64,000 nt of DNA, taken from IMG/VR virus record IMGVR_UViG_3300031576_000012, positions 1 to 64,000 of that record. The stretch is one strand, 5' to 3'. The position numbers and the translations under genes are program-made. The stretch's first letter is position 1; each line of letters opens with the position of its first letter. Shown here piece by piece: positions 59,693 through 64,000 of this stretch. The notes beneath the pieces were generated by a model. The model saw only the letters and a program-made list of their open reading frames with translations. It ran no database searches and was not told the DNA's origin. The DNA is from a virus.

Positions 59693-60577
59693 ATGAACTT
59701 AAATAAGTTATTTGGTACAAAAGATAAGACTGACTCTAAGAGTGATGCAACTACTTCGGAGACTCAGATAACAGCTCCTGCTACAACAGATGAAGGAAAT
59801 ACGGAAGAAGTAACAGGAACTGAACAAACTCTTTCTACGGAGACAACTGTAACAGCTGAAGCAGATAAAACTGCAGAAACTGATAAGAGTAATGATCCTT
59901 ACGCACAATGGACAAGAGAGCAAATCGTTAAAGAGATGCAAGCTCGTGGACAGGAAGCGGCAAAGAATCGCGTCGAAAAGAAGGAAATTGAACGACAACT
60001 CAGAGAAGAATACGAGAAACACCTAAAGTCATTAGAAGAAAAATTCTCACCATTTGTTGAGAAAGCTAATGAACTGAAGAAAATGCAGGATAAGGAACTT
60101 GATCGCAAACGTTCGCTGGAAGAAAAACTAGCGGCTCGTGAAGTTAAGATCGAGGAACTTCTTTCTGAAAAGAATCAAGTAGAAACTTCTCTTAAAAATG
60201 AAAAAATTGAGTTGCAATCACAGCTCGAAAAGAAAGTAGCTGATTTAAATGCTTATGAAAGCTACTGGAAAGAGCAGCTAGAAAAAGAGTTAGCCTTAGT
60301 ACCACAACAGCATAAGAAACTAGCGGATCTGATTGTAAAAGGAGCAGGCTCGGATGTACGAGAAGCCCTTGAAGCAATTCGTCAAGCTAAAACCGATAAT
60401 GTTTTTGGAACAAAGAAAGTTACAGTGTATAATGCTACGCCAAATGCTAAACAAGGAGCACGTATGGACGCAGCTTCAGCACAGAAGTCAACTGATGGTA
60501 TGTCGAAAAAGGACAAAATCTCTCAGGGGCTTAATAAGTGGAAATCTATCCAAAGACGTAGACTCGGTGGTGAATAA
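59693..60577 (+). CDS. capsid scaffolding protein
   Basis: Acidic disordered N-terminus, long coiled coil (EAAKNRVEKK), directly upstream of the capsid gene. Confidence 0.8.
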   Translation: MNLNKLFGTKDKTDSKSDATTSETQITAPATTDEGNTEEVTGTEQTLSTETTVTAEADKTAETDKSNDPYAQWTREQIVKEMQARGQEAAKNRVEKKEIERQLREEYEKHLKSLEEKFSPFVEKANELKKMQDKELDRKRSLEEKLAAREVKIEELLSEKNQVETSLKNEKIELQSQLEKKVADLNAYESYWKEQLEKELALVPQQHKKLADLIVKGAGSDVREALEAIRQAKTDNVFGTKKVTVYNATPNAKQGARMDAASAQKSTDGMSKKDKISQGLNKWKSIQRRRLGGE

Positions 60578-60626
60578 GATCTATTCATCTTTTATAACAA
60601 TATAATCAACCTAATAGGAGTTATTA

Positions 60627-61994
60627 ATGGCACAAGTCATTTCATTAGCTGATGCAGCTAAATTATCTAATAATCTCTTGGTTGAAGGTGTAATTGAAGA
60701 TATTATCACTATTAATGAGTGGTACCGTTTTCTACCTTTCGTTGTATTTGAAGGACTTTCCTATACATTTACACGAGAGGCTCAAATCGCTAAGTCTGCT
60801 TTCGCAGCTCCTGGTGCTAACCTCAACCAATTGAAATATCAGAAGGGTGCAACCGTTTCAAACGTAAACGTTCACCTAGCTGCTATCATTGGCGACATTA
60901 TCATGGACGGACAGATCGAAGACCAACTATCTGATCACAACGATCAGCTACAGGTCCAGATCAGTTCAAAGTCTAAGGATATTGCTCGTACTTACATGAA
61001 CTCAATCATCAATGGCCGTAGAATCCCTGGTGGTCCACTTGTTCAATCGAACAACGGTCCTATCGGAATCGAAGCCAAATTCGACGGTATGAAAGCTATT
61101 CTAGATGCAGAATCTGGAAACAGCGATGACGTTAACCATCCTTTCTATAATGCTGGTGCTTCAACACAAACACTAGACCTTACAGAGGATGACAGCGCAT
61201 CACCCCGTTTGAATCGTCCAGGCCGCGTATTTACACTAGAAGATCTAGACAACTTGATCGACCGTGTAACTACAGGTAAACCTGACTTCTTGATGATGCA
61301 CTCAAGAGACATCCGTACACTAAGAGTATTACTACGTAATACTGGTGGTGGAACAGATGCATATCAAATTCAGCAAGTTGGTCTCGGAAATATGAAGCCT
61401 ATGCTTATGTATCAAGAGATCCCTGTATTCCGAAACGATTTTATTTCTCGTTTCGAACCAGTTAACTTGGTGGATTCAGGCGCAGTTGCCGCAGTAGGCG
61501 CTGCCTCAATCACAACCGCTGAAGACTATTCTCTAGGCGTACCCGCAGCTCTTGCTGATGGTATTGCTGCAGGAACAGCAGCCGCAGTTGTACGTGGTGA
61601 TGATGGAATTCTTCGGAAATACAAAATCACTGTCGCAACAGCAGCTAACCCTTCAGTACTCACAGTAGTCGCAACTGGAACATTCCTTGATGTTGAAAAC
61701 AACAACAATGAACTCCAACTTGCACCAAACGATGTATCCCTCGGACTCGTAGGCAAAACCTATGAACTCTATGAGAGAGCAGACGGTTCGGAAGTCTATT
61801 GTGGACGTTGGGGTGAGATGGAAGGCGTTTGCGGATTTACTTCTGCTAATGACGCCGGTGTTGTATTCGAATTCGTTGGTCCTCGTGAGAACGAGAACGC
61901 CAATCAGTACCGCCTCAAGTGGTATTGTGGGTTCGATCTCTACAACCGCCTCTCGCTTGCTAGAATGCGTAGAGTTCTACCTCTCGGAGCATAA
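60627..61994 (+). CDS. major capsid protein (HK97 fold) with insertion domain
   Basis: ISLADAAKL, GVIEDI, LPF..FEGLSYTFTRE, FDGM, LEDLDNLID, YRLKWYCG; strong codon bias; terminator follows. Confidence 0.92.
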   Translation: MAQVISLADAAKLSNNLLVEGVIEDIITINEWYRFLPFVVFEGLSYTFTREAQIAKSAFAAPGANLNQLKYQKGATVSNVNVHLAAIIGDIIMDGQIEDQLSDHNDQLQVQISSKSKDIARTYMNSIINGRRIPGGPLVQSNNGPIGIEAKFDGMKAILDAESGNSDDVNHPFYNAGASTQTLDLTEDDSASPRLNRPGRVFTLEDLDNLIDRVTTGKPDFLMMHSRDIRTLRVLLRNTGGGTDAYQIQQVGLGNMKPMLMYQEIPVFRNDFISRFEPVNLVDSGAVAAVGAASITTAEDYSLGVPAALADGIAAGTAAAVVRGDDGILRKYKITVATAANPSVLTVVATGTFLDVENNNNELQLAPNDVSLGLVGKTYELYERADGSEVYCGRWGEMEGVCGFTSANDAGVVFEFVGPRENENANQYRLKWYCGFDLYNRLSLARMRRVLPLGA

Positions 61995-62018
61995 TCCAAG
62001 AGTAAACTAATTAAGATT

Positions 62019-62046
62019 GGGGGAGATTAACGTCTCCCCCTTTCTT
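62019..62046 (+). terminator. rho-independent terminator
   Basis: GGGGGAGAT-TAAC-GTCTCCCCC-TTTCTT. Confidence 0.85.
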
Positions 62047-62068
62047 ATCTTTCTATGGAGGAAAGAGG

Positions 62069-62671
62069 ATGTATTATACAACTAAAAAACAAGGAGCCTT
62101 AGATAAAGACTACATACTGGTAAAACACCCACTGAATATAGGTGGGAATTACTTCTTAATGGGAGTTAAGTTTGTAAATGGTATTGCAGTTGTAGAAAGA
62201 GGTTCTAAAGTTCATAAGAATTTATTGAGATCACCTCTTCTTAAGAATCGTAAAGAATTCGGTTTAGAGTGGTTAGTAAAGTTTGGTTTTCGTACAAAAG
62301 ATGTACAAATGGTATTTGGTAAGGATATTTACTATTCTTACTTAAAAGCTATCGAAAAAGAAAAAACCAAACAAGCTGAAATTGATTCTATAGTTAAAGA
62401 AGCTATGGAAGCTATACCAACTCAACTTGAAGAACTTACACTAGAAGAAGTGTCAAGTGAACCAAATCCAATAGAAGATGTAATTGAAGAAGCACCAACT
62501 ATGTCACTTGATGATATTATTGCTGCTCATAAAGTATTACATCAATGTATATTGGTAAAAGAGGATGAAACAGTCTGTGATAAGCCTGTTTCTAAAGGAA
62601 GTCCATCTGGACTATATTGTTTCGCGCATATGCGTAAAGACCCAGAATATAAGAAAAAATTGGAGGAATAA
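62069..62671 (+). CDS. hypothetical head-associated protein with C-terminal Zn-finger-like motif
   Basis: C-terminal C..C..CFAH; follows the capsid gene. Confidence 0.6.
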   Translation: MYYTTKKQGALDKDYILVKHPLNIGGNYFLMGVKFVNGIAVVERGSKVHKNLLRSPLLKNRKEFGLEWLVKFGFRTKDVQMVFGKDIYYSYLKAIEKEKTKQAEIDSIVKEAMEAIPTQLEELTLEEVSSEPNPIEDVIEEAPTMSLDDIIAAHKVLHQCILVKEDETVCDKPVSKGSPSGLYCFAHMRKDPEYKKKLEE

Positions 62672-62673
62672 GC

Positions 62674-62958
62674 ATGTTAGTTTTATTTGATAATGATACT
62701 CTTCAACTTAATGTAAGAGCAGGAGCTTTGGAAACATACGCACCTGATGAACAAGTTAAAGCAGTTACTGCAAAGACAGAAGAATTAAAAGTAAAGGTTC
62801 AGGCTAAACAAACAGAAATGGCAGAAATTTATAAAAAGTTCATTACTGAAGAAATTGAGCCTGTACGAGTTGAAATTCGTAAAGCTGTTCTTGAGATCAA
62901 CAAAAAAAATAATCCCAATCTAGAACAGATTTTAGAAGCACAGAAGCCAGGACAGTAA
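62674..62958 (+). CDS. hypothetical coiled-coil protein
   Basis: GGAGG SD; 94 aa. Confidence 0.65.
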   Translation: MLVLFDNDTLQLNVRAGALETYAPDEQVKAVTAKTEELKVKVQAKQTEMAEIYKKFITEEIEPVRVEIRKAVLEINKKNNPNLEQILEAQKPGQ

Positions 62959-62982
62959 GAGTCCTCAGTACGGGAGTAACTT

Positions 62983-63771
62983 ATGGGTACAAAAAATAAC
63001 TCCGCTGGGTCTCAACATAACCCACGGGGTACAACCCAAGGTATTACGCTCGTAGCACATGAGTCGGGACTCCCTATTGATAGCATTGTAGATGTTAATG
63101 GTAAACGGAGGCTCGCAGTTGATGCTAATATAAGCATCGCTAGTGCTACCATTAACGTAGACTTGGAATCAGATACAGATAACGTTGCCATACGTAATAC
63201 TAGTAACGATAATGAGTTACTAATACATAGCGACGGTAGTATTTCTATTCGTTTAAAAGATGAATCAGGAGCAGCTTTTTCAACTGCTAATCCCCTTCCT
63301 GTTGAAATTGCAGCTGGAAATCTTGATGTTGAATTAGATGCAGCTGATGGGGACAATGTTGCTATTCATGATAATGAAGGCCATGAGCTTGAAATTAATG
63401 CTGATGGTTCAATTAACGTTAATGCTACATTTGGATCAGGTGGCACACCATTTTCTCTCTTTGATGAGATAAGTGCAATAGCCTCTGCAACTCTAACTAC
63501 TATTCTCACACACACTGTACCTGCACTTACTACTTTAAAATTATATAAAATTGAAGTAAGTGGAACCAATACTGCTACGTATGAACTTTATGTAAATGCA
63601 GTTATTGAAGGTAGACGTAGAACATACTTCGGCGGCTCATTATCTGAAGCATTTGAGTTTCCCACAAGTTCCTTGTTGTTAGCAGCAGGGGATGTAGTAG
63701 ACGTGAAAGTAATACATGGTAGACCTTTCACTGGTGATTTTGAAGCAAGGCTTCATGGGGAGACACTCTAA
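62983..63771 (+). CDS. virion structural protein with internal repeat
   Basis: Two copies of (V)xLxxxxDNVAI....ELxIxxDGSI. Confidence 0.65.
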   Translation: MGTKNNSAGSQHNPRGTTQGITLVAHESGLPIDSIVDVNGKRRLAVDANISIASATINVDLESDTDNVAIRNTSNDNELLIHSDGSISIRLKDESGAAFSTANPLPVEIAAGNLDVELDAADGDNVAIHDNEGHELEINADGSINVNATFGSGGTPFSLFDEISAIASATLTTILTHTVPALTTLKLYKIEVSGTNTATYELYVNAVIEGRRRTYFGGSLSEAFEFPTSSLLLAAGDVVDVKVIHGRPFTGDFEARLHGETL

Positions 63772-63959
63772 TGGCTAATATTGAATTAAAAAGAACTCAA
63801 TTAGAGCTAATAAGAGTTAGAGCAGCTAAAGCTGAAATGGAATTTGTTATTGCTGAAAAACTTGAAGATATTGAAAGAGTAAAGAATAACATAAAAATTC
63901 AAGAAGCTAGAGAAGCTGAACTTATAAAAAAACTAGCCGAGACAAAAGAGGTAATATAA
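63771..63959 (+). CDS. small coiled-coil protein
   Basis: TAATG-coupled; the next gene starts at 63960 (MADQNTALPIR, truncated). Confidence 0.65.
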   Translation: MANIELKRTQLELIRVRAAKAEMEFVIAEKLEDIERVKNNIKIQEAREAELIKKLAETKEVI

Positions 63960-64000
63960 ATGGCTGATCAAAATACAGCACTTCCCATTCGTTCTGAAGC

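Noticed and set aside
1-64000. Stop-codon reassignment (TAG or TGA recoding)
   Set aside because: Long conserved genes are intact in code 11, TAG ends phoH at a sensible place, and no suppressor tRNA is visible; only one isolated amber (14607) looks odd
1-64000. CRISPR array or cas locus
   Set aside because: No regularly spaced repeats seen; the Cas4-like nuclease sits beside the ERF annealase and is better read as a recombination exonuclease

Overview
AT-rich fragment of a tailed dsDNA bacteriophage genome (Caudoviricetes-like, standard code 11). Left arm (1-48717, minus strand): replication/recombination (family A DNA polymerase, AEP primase-DnaB helicase fusion, ERF annealase, PD-(D/E)XK exonuclease), nucleotide metabolism (class II RNR, ThyX, dNMP kinase, deaminase, PhoH), a T5 A1-like phosphoesterase, five free-standing HNH/EndoVII nucleases, two tRNAs, translation/RNA-repair accessories (peptide deformylase, Pth2, Smr, Rnl2, HAD phosphatase, CspA, macrodomain), envelope proteins (OmpA-like protein, collagen lipoprotein, other lipoproteins, SLT), a MoxR/VWA pair, a probable AT-rich origin (~42.7-42.9 kb) and a compositionally distinct early region (~43.6-48.7 kb). 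After a divergent non-coding gap (48.7-49.4 kb) the plus strand carries small acidic proteins and then the head module (terminase small/large, portal, scaffold, major capsid). The lipoproteins and OmpA-like protein point to a diderm host. Most unusual observations: (1) adjacent unrelated small proteins share a C-terminal ENExLIxEYEQ-like peptide; (2) the early region lacks CCAG/CTGG but is packed with AAGCTT and strand-biased GGGCA; (3) several candidate structured ncRNAs, one tRNA-like; (4) a reversed-architecture OmpA-like protein paired with a collagen lipoprotein. All annotations come from motif recognition by eye; no database searches were run and motif counts are manual.
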